Shown: in pieces, positions 26,820-38,570 of the stretch
How the letters are laid out: each line of letters begins with the position of its first letter
Numbering within the stretch: the stretch's first letter is position 1
Assembly: GCA_965235115.1 (NCBI GenBank)
Contig: OZ249436.1
Span: forward strand, 20,338,001-20,402,000
Direction of reading: 5' to 3'
Length of the DNA stretch: 64,000 bases
Source: Laetmonice hystrix
Lineage: Eukaryota
Translations under genes and position numbers: made by a program
Notes under the pieces: generated by a model
What the model was told of the DNA's origin: nothing
Databases searched by the model: none
Seen by the model: only the letters and a program-made list of their open reading frames with translations

Positions 26820-29340
26820 GACATTAAACATCAGCCACCTCAGTTCTAACTTCACCTCCAGACTCAAACGACGTCTAACAAAGTTAGGCCATTCGACTAA
26901 AAAACAACCTCTTAACAACAGCCGAGCTGTTCTCTTACAAAGGTTCTCTGTTCAAAAGGTTTTTCTCATAGCATGAGCCAAGGCAAGTTGAGGAGATTAG
27001 CAAAGAGGGCGCTGGCCAAGATTTACCGTCACCCTAGCGTCGTCCCCCCCCCCCAACTCCTTATCCGCGGATGTCATGCTTACCTTGACTCAAATAAATG
27101 CTATTTCAGTCATGTACATTTTGTATTCGTGATTGCTGACATGCGATAAAATCCTCATATTCCATCGTTTTTTGCCTTGAGTATGGAGAAACTGATGGCC
27201 TAACGACCATCGCGCCCGTGGGTAGGGAGGTGATAAGGCATGTCAACATGGCCGCACACTATGTACCGGGACCGTAGTAAGATGTATAGATATATTTGGT
27301 AGATTCCACGGTTATTGGGCGTTCGACCGCATTACAATTCGCGTAGTGCGCAAAGTAGTTCACAGATCGTCGGTATCCGGCCAAGCACGGGATTGTTCGT
27401 GGGAAAAGATGGATAATTTCCGAAGATTGGCAGTCTCGAATGTTCTTAGCAGCTGCGACACATTCGGTTTCGTAGTATTCATGAAATCATACGACTTTAC
27501 AGATTGCGTCGACATAGCCAGCGTTTCAATCGGTATTCGGTAAAACCTTACCCCAATGCCACGGGCAATTTCATTCACCCCTTATTGTGGACAATCTGTA
27601 GTTTGCCTATCACAACTGACCAAGTCCTTCTATAATATAGACACTATACGCGCCGATGTTCACTTTTAATGTGGCTCAATAGCTGCTATTGGTAGATACA
27701 GCACTCAGATTCTGAGGTTTCGGAAAAGTGTTCAATGTAAGCGACCGAGCTCATAGCAAGCCGAGCTGGTCGAGTCATAGATCAGCTAGCGTCGACACTA
27801 CAGGTCTCACATTATATATATCGTATGACGATAAACAATGGGAGTGTCAACATCTAAAATAGTATCTACCTAGTTTACTGAATAGACTCGACCGCTAACC
27901 TACCTGTTAGAGAGGTATCAACGGATATTTCCATTTAAACAAGTCACACACTGATTCATGCTTGTGTTTCCCCTTTTTCGGTCGCCATTTTAAAGCTGTT
28001 TATTGTTTATATTGGTTAAAGAGGCAGGCAAAGTTCCTCACAAACATACCTTTGAACACCAGTAACACCATGTGAAGTGTCTAAGGTCGCGCCGATAAGT
28101 GGAACACTGTCTAAGGCGACTTACCGTATGGGTCATTCGCTATTTTCACACGCGTTACGCCGCCACTGGTTTCATCGGACACTCACTCACTCACTACGAC
28201 TGCACTACTGACTGTGTACTCTTACCGGTGACAGCAGACACCTTTTTCTCTCTCTTCACACCCTTATTGGGGCATGTTAACAAATACAGAGTTTGTGTGC
28301 GGTTATCATTTGCAACCCTCTCTGAAATCGTCAATGAATCTGTCGCCATCATGGGCATGTTTCTGGTAAAAGTGGAATCGCAGTGGGACGTGAATAGCGG
28401 CACCCTGGCTGGGAATCTGCATGGTTCGTTCCGCCTGGCGGCCACATAACCATTTCTGGACAACTAGGGCAGACAAGCAGACGAAGCCAGCGGGAGAATG
28501 CCTAGCTACATTTCAGTTGATTATTCCTTTATTAATGATCAGACCATCACGGGATTGTAGGTAGGAACAAGCTTGTCCAGCATGTAGGTTTAACAGTCGA
28601 GCCGCTCTGTGTGCCTCGCTGTGTATAGGAATAGGTCACGTGACGCCCTTCCAGTTCAAGTCGGAGGGGGCACGGCGAAATACTGTCGGACTATGATATG
28701 CCGTTATATGACTTTAACAGGACTAGTGCTGTGAGGTTATTTGGGGAGGCCTGGACTGGAGCCGGTGTTGTGGGTATGAAGAGTGATTACCGACAAGTTT
28801 CGTGAAGGGTTTACCCTAAGACATACGCCCGTTGACAACTACGTCCACAACATTGTCAGTTGCTGACCCTAACGCCTAAACAGGAGGATGAGAAATCGGA
28901 CGAAGATCGGGACAATGGAGGCCGGCCATAAAGGAAGACCTCATGTTAACGGTGACGCATAGTGACACGGCAAAGCAATTCAATTCGAGAAGTATCGCTG
29001 AGTAAGGACTTTGTGTCAGGAAATGTTGTAAGCCTATAATTTAGCATGTTTTCAACGCGGGCCAACACAATATGACAGTGATTATCATCGAGATGAGACG
29101 GCTGTGTCGACAATGCATTGTCATATTGCATCCTCTAAGCGATAGTTTTCCACTGTGATTACGAAGTTTGAACAAGGAATCAAGCAGATACTAGTAATTA
29201 CTTTTTGCTCCCAAGCTTATTTGCCCCTGAAGCGGGACAAGTGCAACGCTTCGGAATCTACTTGTCTGCGGTCCCTGATATTAGAGTCATCTAGCAGAAA
29301 TTAACCAATCTTTTCTGACCACAAACATCGCTGGCCCGAC
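26820..29340 (-). pseudogene. Decayed Toll-like receptor relic C
   Basis: TIR-like RLLLRGCFLVEWP...VKL (26886-26924), C*SPQLALAHA, EYEDFIAC (27139-27162); juxtamembrane RARWSL; TM-like CAAMLTCLITSL; LRR-like NLRKLSI, NLTALVLLKSYNGI (~28700-28738), KLSLRGCNM (29123-29149), LLDDSNI (~29280). Confidence 0.68.
28016..28577 (+). mobile_element. Interspersed repeat copy 2 (see 362-930), inserted in relic C
   Basis: Near-identical to 362-930. Confidence 0.75.
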
Positions 29341-29760
29341 GCCTACATCGTTTTTTTAAGTAACAGACACTGTATTGGTAATTAGGAACAGCTATAACAA
29401 AACTAGACACCGGCACGGAATATACATGGCCTCCATCTTACCTGCTAGAAAATACGGCTCCTTCTCGCGTGAAAATCAGACGGAATGCGTGGCTTTGATG
29501 AAAAAGGTGCATATATTTATCTCTATTTTACAGCCGCATTTGAGAGATGGATGTGTTGTACAACAAAGATCATTTTTACGAAATCTGCGTTGCTATGTAC
29601 CGAATCTTAAAAGGACATCGTATGTAACTTGAAAATAGAACGCTTACCTATCACCGATAGCAACCTATTGATATGTGAAGACACACGGTTGCTGCAATAC
29701 TGCAGTATGATGATCTTTGTTAACTAGGATTCGGGCCGAAGCTATAACATGATAATAGCA

Positions 29761-29886
29761 CAGTGGCGTACCCAGAAACTGGACCCAGGGGGGTGCTGGA
29801 AATAACCAACGTCGTAGGCGCTGCAAATTGGGAGGGGGCTGTGGGCGCACCAAAAACAAATTGGGCAAATTGAGGGTACGCCACTG
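29761..29886. mobile_element. Short MITE, CAGTGGCG termini, 5-bp TSD
   Basis: TAGCA|CAGTGGCGTACCC ... GGGTACGCCACTG|TAGCA. Confidence 0.9.
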
Positions 29887-30042
29887 TAGCAGGAGTTCGA
29901 ATTTGCCTCCGCTCTCCGAAAGGGGCGCTGCAAATGACGTCAAACAATATCCCATAATAGTCCCAGGTCCTGGGGAACCCCATGCTAACTTCTGGTATCG
30001 CTCCACCATATTTGATCATCATTATACGCTTACTTTGTAAAT

Positions 30043-30224
30043 ATGCCTCCAAAGAAACGGGCTTTTAAGCGACGAAAGTCGATGTATGCAACAGAATCAG
30101 CTAAAAAGCTGAGAAAGGAGTTGGACAGAAGACGTGGCAGTGCTCGTGTGTCTATATATCGGCACTGAAATGGATCGATGGATGGCCTTAAAGGCGCTGA
30201 AAATCGAGCTTGGGTGCTCGACAG
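30043..30224 (+). pseudogene. Frameshifted N-terminal coding fragment, probably from a DNA-transposon gene
   Basis: MPPKKRAFKRRKSMYATESAKKLRKELDRRRGSARV /fs/ YIGTEMDRWMALKALKIELGC; basic NLS-like start and an R-V-x-I-G...R-W pattern; family not verified. Confidence 0.45.
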
Positions 30225-33200
30225 GCGCACCGTTTCCGAGCTACGGCCTGTCAAAGCCCGGGAAACGCCAGACCGCGAGGCCGGGAAACCGCCGCGCATC
30301 AGGGGATTCCCCTGTTGCCCAGTTATCCAAAATGGCCAAGCGGTTCGAAGATAGAGAGAGCGTTAGATTGCAACGGAGTCAGCTCAACGTTCTCACATTA
30401 CAGTTGGTTGGTCTCACTTCAATTTATTTGAGTTTTACATGTGACACTAAGCTGATTTATGTGGCAGGGGGTCGATATTACAGGTTTTATAAACCTTGTA
30501 GCTTTAAGCGAATCGTTAGCCCCAGTATTTGTTTCATAACTCAATTATGTAGGCCTACTTTGAGTCGGCTTTTGAAGATCCAGCAAGATGACCAATTTCT
30601 TCTGTTACACCTAGCAGCGCATTGCTGACAGCACTCCCTTTGAGAGGTAGTCGTGCTTCAGTTGCAATACTTTTCGCAGCTGCGGCATAAAAGTAATTTC
30701 CCTTCAGTCCCATAAACGCAATTTAATTGCAACTGATAAATGTGCACAAGGCCCGATCGAAGAGACCCATGCAACAGTCTGATTAGTGTCTTCGCGAATT
30801 TATATTTTTGTTCTGCTGGTTTTGCCCCAACCGGAAATGATGATCTTAGTTTTATGAACTATACATAATATATACCAGTAGGCTAGGATAAGATCAATAC
30901 AATTTCTTTTGAAGCAAAACGCAATTTTCCTCCCGCAGTCTGACGGGTCGAAGCTATATTTTTCTAAGGCGACCTCAGTTCCGTATTACCTATTGCCCAT
31001 TCGGAACACCGAGCCCTTTACGATGTAGAGAGACTCGGATACCAATCGGAGGTCGCCATATTGGGTCAGATGGGGTCAACGCACTATCGTCGTAGCGGCC
31101 ACTCGCCAGCACGAGTGTCTGGGCTGTGGTGCTGACGGCTTTAGTTGGCAAAAAAACTGAAACCGAATTTGTCACGGATTGTAGCCTTTCTTGACAATGA
31201 CATTAGCCATGAAAACGTGGACTATTCCTTATTTAGCATGTATGATTCATGCGATAAGAGGATCGAATCAAGGTAGCCAGTCAAACCATGTCAAACCGTT
31301 ACAGTAGATCTACACGCCACCGTTGAATCGTCAGACCCGTTTTTGTGTGACGGTTTGAAATTTGACTTCTTTCATTTTAAGCGTTATGTTGAACACCTTG
31401 TGTTGAATCCAGTCAAATCAAGGCACATAATACGGCAAATCAATACTCAAAGTGGTTCAATATTATGACTATAAGCCAGGGCGACTCGAAGGCCGCGGGC
31501 CGCCCGGGCCGTCCTAGCTGTCCCCACCGGGAGCCACCCGTGCGGCCCTCGCCAGAGCTGTCGCGAAGCGGCGGGTCATTTTATTCGATTGATCTATGTT
31601 TGGTCAAAGTTGTTAACGTAACAACAACTTTATAATGATATCTGGTCTATATGAGTTTACTAACACCATTAATAGAGGCTCTAACCACTATATATATAAG
31701 GGACTCAATTTCTGCCGGCATCTCACTACCTGTGCCAGTCTTGTGTCATTGCGCACTGGGGCGATACATGGAATCCATGTATATTAATGCGTCGAGGGGT
31801 GTCCGAGCACAACTACAGCGAAGCGACCGGAAGTTGGGCCGAGGTTTTCCGAATGACCTATTGCCCTGTCCCTCTCTAATATAAAACCCATACAGAACGT
31901 CATCGATGAGCAGAGCAAGCAAGTCTCGCGAGACGGGGCGGGCGATGTTACGAGAACTGCATGCCGGGAATACAACCCTTATATTTACTGTAGGTGTGTT
32001 TCGCGTAGTTTTGTCCCGATATGGTTATCTCATTGCTCTATTGAAGTAATTATACGGAGAACTTGCGGAACAAACTAAAAACAAAGCTAGAAATGTTGAA
32101 TATACAAGTTTGTCAATACACACGTCCATGGTGACGTAGGGTACCGGATGTAGAGTTCCTGCGGTCATTTCATTCTTTCTGGGCAATGGCAGGGAATATA
32201 GGGCAAATAGGAAGCTAACTTCAGGGGGGGCCGTTAGTCCGACAGCCCAATGGTGCGACAGACCTATCCCCTATGGGTTAGAGTTATAAGGTTAGGTTTA
32301 GGGTTAGTTATATTTGGTTTTAGGGTTAGGGTTGCATATTGCCTACTTCGGACTAGTGAACCCTCGGACTAGTGAACCCTACCCTCTAGCTGATATTTGC
32401 AGACATATGCGGATTACCGGACATATCTAGCTGATATTTTCGGACATATATCCTCTCGGACATACACATGTAACTAGCTGTTCAGACATATCTAGCCGGA
32501 ACAGGGCTGCACCACTTCCTCGGTCATCGACTACATTATGTAAAATTAACATCTATGTCAAGCTTTCATGGACTCGTACGTACCAAAGGAATAAAGGCAA
32601 TCGGCTCATACTAAACTAAAGACAAAGTCGCTTAAAAGAATGACTAGTACGTTTTATAAATAATAGGGATTATTCGTATCGTAAACACGAACATGGGATT
32701 TTTATTCTAAAAAAGGATGCATCATGGCCGTCGTGATCAAGATGGTACATTGCAAACAGGCATGTATTTAGTTACATTGCCGACGCGGAACTTCATGGAC
32801 GGGAGGAGCTGGCTCTGGCTGCTGCTTGTCTGCCCCCGATCCAATTACTCACCTGGGGGATGCCATGTCTCGTTTGCCGAGAAGAACCTCCTCCAAGGCT
32901 TTCGCGCGCCAAGCTACCGGCGATTGCTGTCAATCCCCTGGCACGCCAGGGTCACAAAGTGCCTTACCAAATGGCCCGCGTCCTCAAGACCTTTTATTCA
33001 TATTTTTCTCCCCTTTTCGAGGGAAGGAAGCTGTCCTCTTCATAGTCCTTTTGCTCTGGTAGGTATAGTAAAGGCTTTGGTGAAACACAAAGCCCGAGTC
33101 TTTTAAAATAATGGAAAGCAAACAGAAAGTTCCTGGTTTAAAATAATCTAAATTGACCAGAATGGGAAAGTAGACCCATTCCCCTTCACGTCTTCACTAG

Positions 33201-33767
33201 ACTTAGCATCAGAATCCAATTTTGGTGGCTTCTATTTCTGGCAAGTAAAGGGGCACCTGGATAAAATCCATGTGGTCAATCCAAGTGTAGGTTGCCAGGT
33301 ACGGACATTCGATATACACTCTACCTTGAACCGGTACCTAGCCGAATATCACCTTATACCTGGGAGCATTGGTCATGATACTGAGAACGGACTTGGCGCG
33401 CGAAAGCCTTTGAGGATCGAGGCTCTTCTCGTTTATGCCAATTTTCTGTCGCAATCTTGATGGTACACGCGCAGCCCCATTACTGTGCGTGACAACATTG
33501 GGGTTAGAACCCTGCTGCCCTTCCCGGGCCCGTAGCCGGGGGCGGGGGCTAAAGAGGCTCGTGCCCCACCCAAAATCTGCATGGCAAGGTCTAAAAGAGT
33601 CAACTTTTCCACAACTTTAGACTGGACTTTTTGGTCCTGAAAATGATCTTAGACAAGATGTCATCCAATATTTATAGTTATTCATGCAGTTTTAGTTCTA
33701 AATCTTATATTACGGCTTTCCTATACATGTGTAATCCTTTAAAAATGTGCCCCACCCAACAAATATA

Positions 33768-36700
33768 TCGGGTGGGCCTAAAAATTTTGGAACACTCTTT
33801 TCTTGACTGTAACTTCTATCATTTTTACCCCCAATGTCATAATATTTGGAACATGATATCATCTGGTTATTGGGGCATGTGGTATAAATTTCAGATAAAT
33901 AGGTCAAAATGTCTAAAAAATAGGGTCATTTTAAAAACTGCATGTCAAAGATTGCAATGCCGGACCAGGCGTCCTCGGGGGTGTGACTAAATACCGGAAT
34001 CCCCCGGAATCCCTTGGAATTTACCGGAATCCCCCGGAATCCCCCGGAATCTACCGGAATCCCCCAGAATCCCCCGGAATCTACCGGAATCTACCGGAAT
34101 CCCCCCGGCTTTGGGCTCGGAAGGCCCCAGAGTGTCCCTGGAGCACATTGGAATCCGCCGGACTTTGCCGGATTTGACACAATTCGAGAAAAGGGCAAGT
34201 GACTAAATACCGGAATCCCCCTGTACCTCTCTAATTTACCCCAAAATGTACCGGAATCCCCCCGGCTTTGGGCTCGGAAGGCCTCAGAGTGACCCTGGAG
34301 CACATTGGAATCCGCCGGTCTTTGCCGGATTTGACACAATTCGAGAAAAGGCAAAATGACTAAATACCGGAATCCCCCTGTATCTCTCTAATTTACCCCC
34401 AAAATGTACCGGGATCCCCCCAAATATGGGCTCACAAGGGCACAGAGTATCCCTGGAGCACATTGGAATCCGCCGGACTTTGCCGGATTTGACACAATTC
34501 GAGAAAAGGGCAAATGACTAAATACCGGAATCCCCCTGTATCTCTCTAATTTACCCCAAAATGTACCGGAATCCCCTCAAATATGGGCGGATACAGGGGG
34601 ATTCCGGTATTTAGTCATTTTGCCTTTTCTCGAATTGTGTCAAATCCGGCAAAGTCCGGCGGATTCCAATGTGCTCCAGGGACATTCTGGGGTCTTCCGA
34701 GTCCAAAGCCGGGGGGATTCCGGTACATTTTGGGGTAAATTAGAGAGATACAGGGGGATTCCGGTATTTAGTCATTTGCCCTTTTCTCGAATTGTGTCAA
34801 ATCCGGCAAAGTCCGGCGGATTCCAATGTGCTTCAGGGATACTCTGGGCCCTTCTGAGCCCATATTTGGGGGGATTCCGGTACATTTTGGGGTAAATTAG
34901 AGAGATACAGGGGGATTCCGGTATTTAGTCATTTGCCCTTTTCTCGAATTGTGTCAAATCCGGCAAAGTCCGGCGGATTCCAATGTGCTCCAGGGATACT
35001 CTGGGCCCTTGTGAGCCCATATTTGGGGGGATTCCGGTACATTTTGGGGTAAATTAGAGAGATACAGGGGGATTCCGGTATTTAGTCATTTGCCCTTTTC
35101 TCGAATTGTGTCAAATTCGGCAAAGTCCGGCGGATTCCAATGTGCTCCAGGGATACTCTGGGCCCTTGTGAGCCCATATTTGGGGGGATTCCGGTACATT
35201 TTGGGGTAAATTAGAGAGATACAGGGGGATTCCGGTATTTAGTCATTTGCCCTTTTCTCGAATTGTGTCAAATTCGGCAAAGTCCGGCGGATTCCAATGT
35301 GCTCCAGGGATACTCTGGGCCCTTGTGAGCCCATATTTGGGGGGATTCCGGTACATTTTGGGGTAAATTAGAGAGATACAGGGGGATTCCGGTATTTAGT
35401 CATTTTGCCTTTTCTCGAATTGTGTCAAACCCGCAAAGTCTGGCGGATTCCAATGTGCTCCAGGGACATTCTGGGGGCTTCCGAGTCCAAATCCCGGGGG
35501 ATTCCGGTACATTTTGGGGTAAATTAGAGAGATACAGGGGGATTCCGGTATTTAGTCATTTGCCCTTTTCTCGAATTGTGTCAAATCCGGCAAAGTCCGG
35601 CGGATTCCAATGTGCTCCAGGGACATTCTGGCGTCTTCCGAGTCCAAAGCCGGGGGGATTCCGGTACATTTTGGGGTAAATTAGAGAGATACAGGGGGAT
35701 TCCGGTATTTAGTCACTTGCCCTTTTCTCGAATTGTGTCAAATCCGGCAAAGTCCGGCGGATTCCAATGTGCTCCAGGGACATTCTGGGGCCTTCCGAGC
35801 CCAAAGCCGGGGGGATTCCGGTACATTTTGGGGTAAATTAGAGAGATACAGGGGGATTCCGGTATTTAGTCACTTGCCCTTTTCTCGAATTGTGTCAAAT
35901 CCGGCAAAGTCCGGCGGATTCCAATGTGCTCCAGGGACATTCTGGGGCCTTCCGAGCCCAAAGCCGGGGGGATTCCGGTACATTTTGGGGTAAATTAGAG
36001 AGATACAGGGGGATTCCGGTATTTAGTCACTTGCCCTTTTCTCGAATTGTGTCAAATCCGGCAAAGTCCGGCGGATTCCAATGTGCTCCAGGGATACTCT
36101 GGGCCCTTGTGAGCCCATATTTGGGGGGATTCCGGTACATTTTTGGGTAAATTAGAGAGATACAGGGGGATTCCGGTATTTAGTCATTTTGCCTTTTCTC
36201 GAATTGTGTCAAATCCGGCAAAGTCCGGCGGATTCCAATGTGCTCCAGGGACATTCTGGCGTCTTCCGAGTCCAAAGCCGGGGGGATTCCGGTACATTTT
36301 GGGGTAAATTAGAGAGATACAGGGGGATTCCGGTATTTAGTCACTTGCCCTTTTCTCGAATTGTGTCAAATCCGGCAAAGTCCGGCGGATTCCAATGTGC
36401 TCCAGGGACATTCTGGGGCCTTCCGAGCCCAAAGCCGGGGGGATTCCGGTACATTTTGGGGTAAATTAGAGAGATACAGGGGGATTCCGGTATTTAGTCA
36501 CTTGCCCTTTTCTCGAATTGTGTCAAATCCGGCAAAGTCCGGCGGATTCCAATGTGCTCCAAGGATACTTTGGGCCCTTCTGAGCCCATATTCAAGGGGA
36601 TTCCGGTAGATTCCGGGGGATTCCGGTAGATTCCGGGGGATTCCGGTAGATTCTGGGGGATTCCGGTAGATTCCGGGGGATTCCGGGGGATTCGGGTATT

Positions 36701-37534
36701 TAGTCACACCGGTCCTGGGTGGAGTTGGTCCCGCTGTGTCTGGAACACTCTTAGTTTGTCACTGATATTTAGGGCATCATGTTGTATGGGTAATAGCATT
36801 TGGTGGTGGAAATTTTAGGCAGATAGGCCAAAAACTCTTTATGTGGAAACAAATCAAACATCAAAATGTCGAAAAATGCAATGCCGGAGAGCCATGTAAG
36901 TGTCACCCACCTATTTCAGTTAAAAAGGAAAATGTGATCGATGTGACCCCCATCCTGTTCACTGTTCTCACACAGCCCTTCTAAAGTCTCTTTTTGAATA
37001 TCCCGGCTGACTTCCTGACTTCTTCTAGAATTCCCTACCACCTTTCCCGAATTTTCTCCTTCATTTCGTTCTCGGCGAATTTTTGTTTGCGACCTTAGAC
37101 TTTTTCAGACAGGTAATCCCAAATGTGTAATCCATGGGGTTTAAGTCGGGACTGGCCACCAGTTTTTGGCAGCCCTCCAGGGCATTACATACATTTGACG
37201 TCACGTCATTCAGACACAGTGGCAACAATCCTGCCTTAATTGGGACACAAACCAAGAAAACTGGGTCATTCAACGCGACGGGACTCAGGGCATGCAGTTC
37301 CCGCTTAAAAGACGTGCGGCTTCACGCTAATGACCCTGGTCCGTTGCAATTTTTGACACAAATTTTTAGAAATGGCCCTATATGTACAGACGTTCTGACC
37401 CATTTATCTGAAATTTGTACCACAGACCCCAAATAACCAGATGATTTCATATTCCAAATATTATGGCATTGGGGTAAAAATTATAGAAGTTACAGTCAAG
37501 AAAAGAGTGTTCCAAATTTTTTTGGCCCACCCGA
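33768..37534 (-). mobile_element. Internally deleted Tc1/mariner-superfamily element (DDxD-type remnant), split by a nested insertion
   Basis: TA|TCGGGTGGGCC ... GGCCCACCCGA|TA with ~200-bp imperfect TIRs; minus-strand SPDLNPMDY (37127-37153) /fs/ IWDYLSEKV and C-terminal GGHIDH (~36935-36953). Confidence 0.88.
33976..36711. mobile_element. Foldback-like TIR element built almost entirely of a 157-bp satellite; 5-bp TSD GTCCT
   Basis: GTCCT|CGGGGGTGTGACTAAATACC ... GGTATTTAGTCACACCG|GTCCT; 10-bp CCGGAATC subterminal repeats; array orientation flips at ~34588. Confidence 0.9.
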
Positions 37535-38029
37535 TATATTTATGAGCTGGCTAAAATAGTCCAGATTTGAAAATGTGCCCCATCCACCATTATGGGTTGG
37601 CTACAGGCCTACCTGCCCCCGGCCGTAGACCTGGCCGTACATCCTGCAGAAGTAGGCATTATCCGTCTCTGTTCACGACGAGTGTCATTAGTCACACGGA
37701 AACGCGCTAACAAGTGGTCCATGCCTCTCGTTTTGAGTGTTTCCTAATTTTATTGCGCCTAATAATAACTGATAAGGTCGACGAGTGAGACCGAGTCGCT
37801 TCATCGCTTGGTTATGACCACGTTTTCTGACCCCGGTGACGTCACGGACTTTCCGATTTCGATTAAGAAACGCCACCTGATTGGTTGAGCGGTGGGGTAT
37901 GGCGAGGGGGGATTCAGTGGCGACATCCATGAAGTAGTAAGAGTCTACATCAAGTCAGCTATTCAAAGTTGTCATGTTTGCTTATTGGAGCGAATTGTTA
38001 TCGATGTTTACCATAGTGCAAAGTACCAT

Positions 38030-38570
38030 TTTTCTGATTGGCCCTCCCCAGTGCTCCGCAACTGGGTCATCAAAGGATTTGGTATGTCCAGCCGTGTCTG
38101 TGCGACCGGGCATATGAAAGAAGCCTTGCCATTTTTCGAAAAGAGTAGCGGATTGATTCTTTCTCACTTCATCCTCATCATCACCCTCTCCCTGACTCGG
38201 GGGGTAAAATAGGTCCCGTGACTGAATTAAATGGCTTATATCGCCCTGAATACCTTCATCTTTCACGTACCTGTCCTAGTCCCAAAGTGGCCGAAAATTG
38301 TTTTCCCCTTACCTGTCCTATTCCTAAAGTGGCCGAAAATGTACTCCATTGGTTGGGGGTAACAACCGATAACAGAACAGCCCTATCAAAACCAGGTCGT
38401 GTATTTGTCACATTTTGAATAGGACATGCTGAGCTGTTTGAAATTTGAAATTTTATGCGCTAGGGAATAGGACAGGTAAGTGGGGGATAGGACAGGTAAG
38501 TGGGGGATTAAGGTATAACTGTCATATTGTCGACAGGACGTAAAACGTCCAACTCACTCACTCACTCACT
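38030..38570 (+). mobile_element. Probable 5'-truncated SINE-like remnant with (ACTC)n tail, interrupted by a small inverted-repeat element
   Basis: Tail GACGTAAAACGTCCAACTCACTCACTCACTCACT; internal ACCTGTCCTA repeats inverted to TAGGACAGGT repeats (38268-38505). Confidence 0.45.

Noticed and set aside
32270..32335. Telomere-like TTAGGG repeats
   Set aside because: Only a few degenerate units inside a small repeat element with GTCCGA/TCGGAC inverted motifs; not a telomere
33983..36707. Repeated 86-91-aa ORFs, or a CRISPR-like array
   Set aside because: A 157-bp satellite with only two recurring variants, no unique spacers, no cas genes, eukaryotic context
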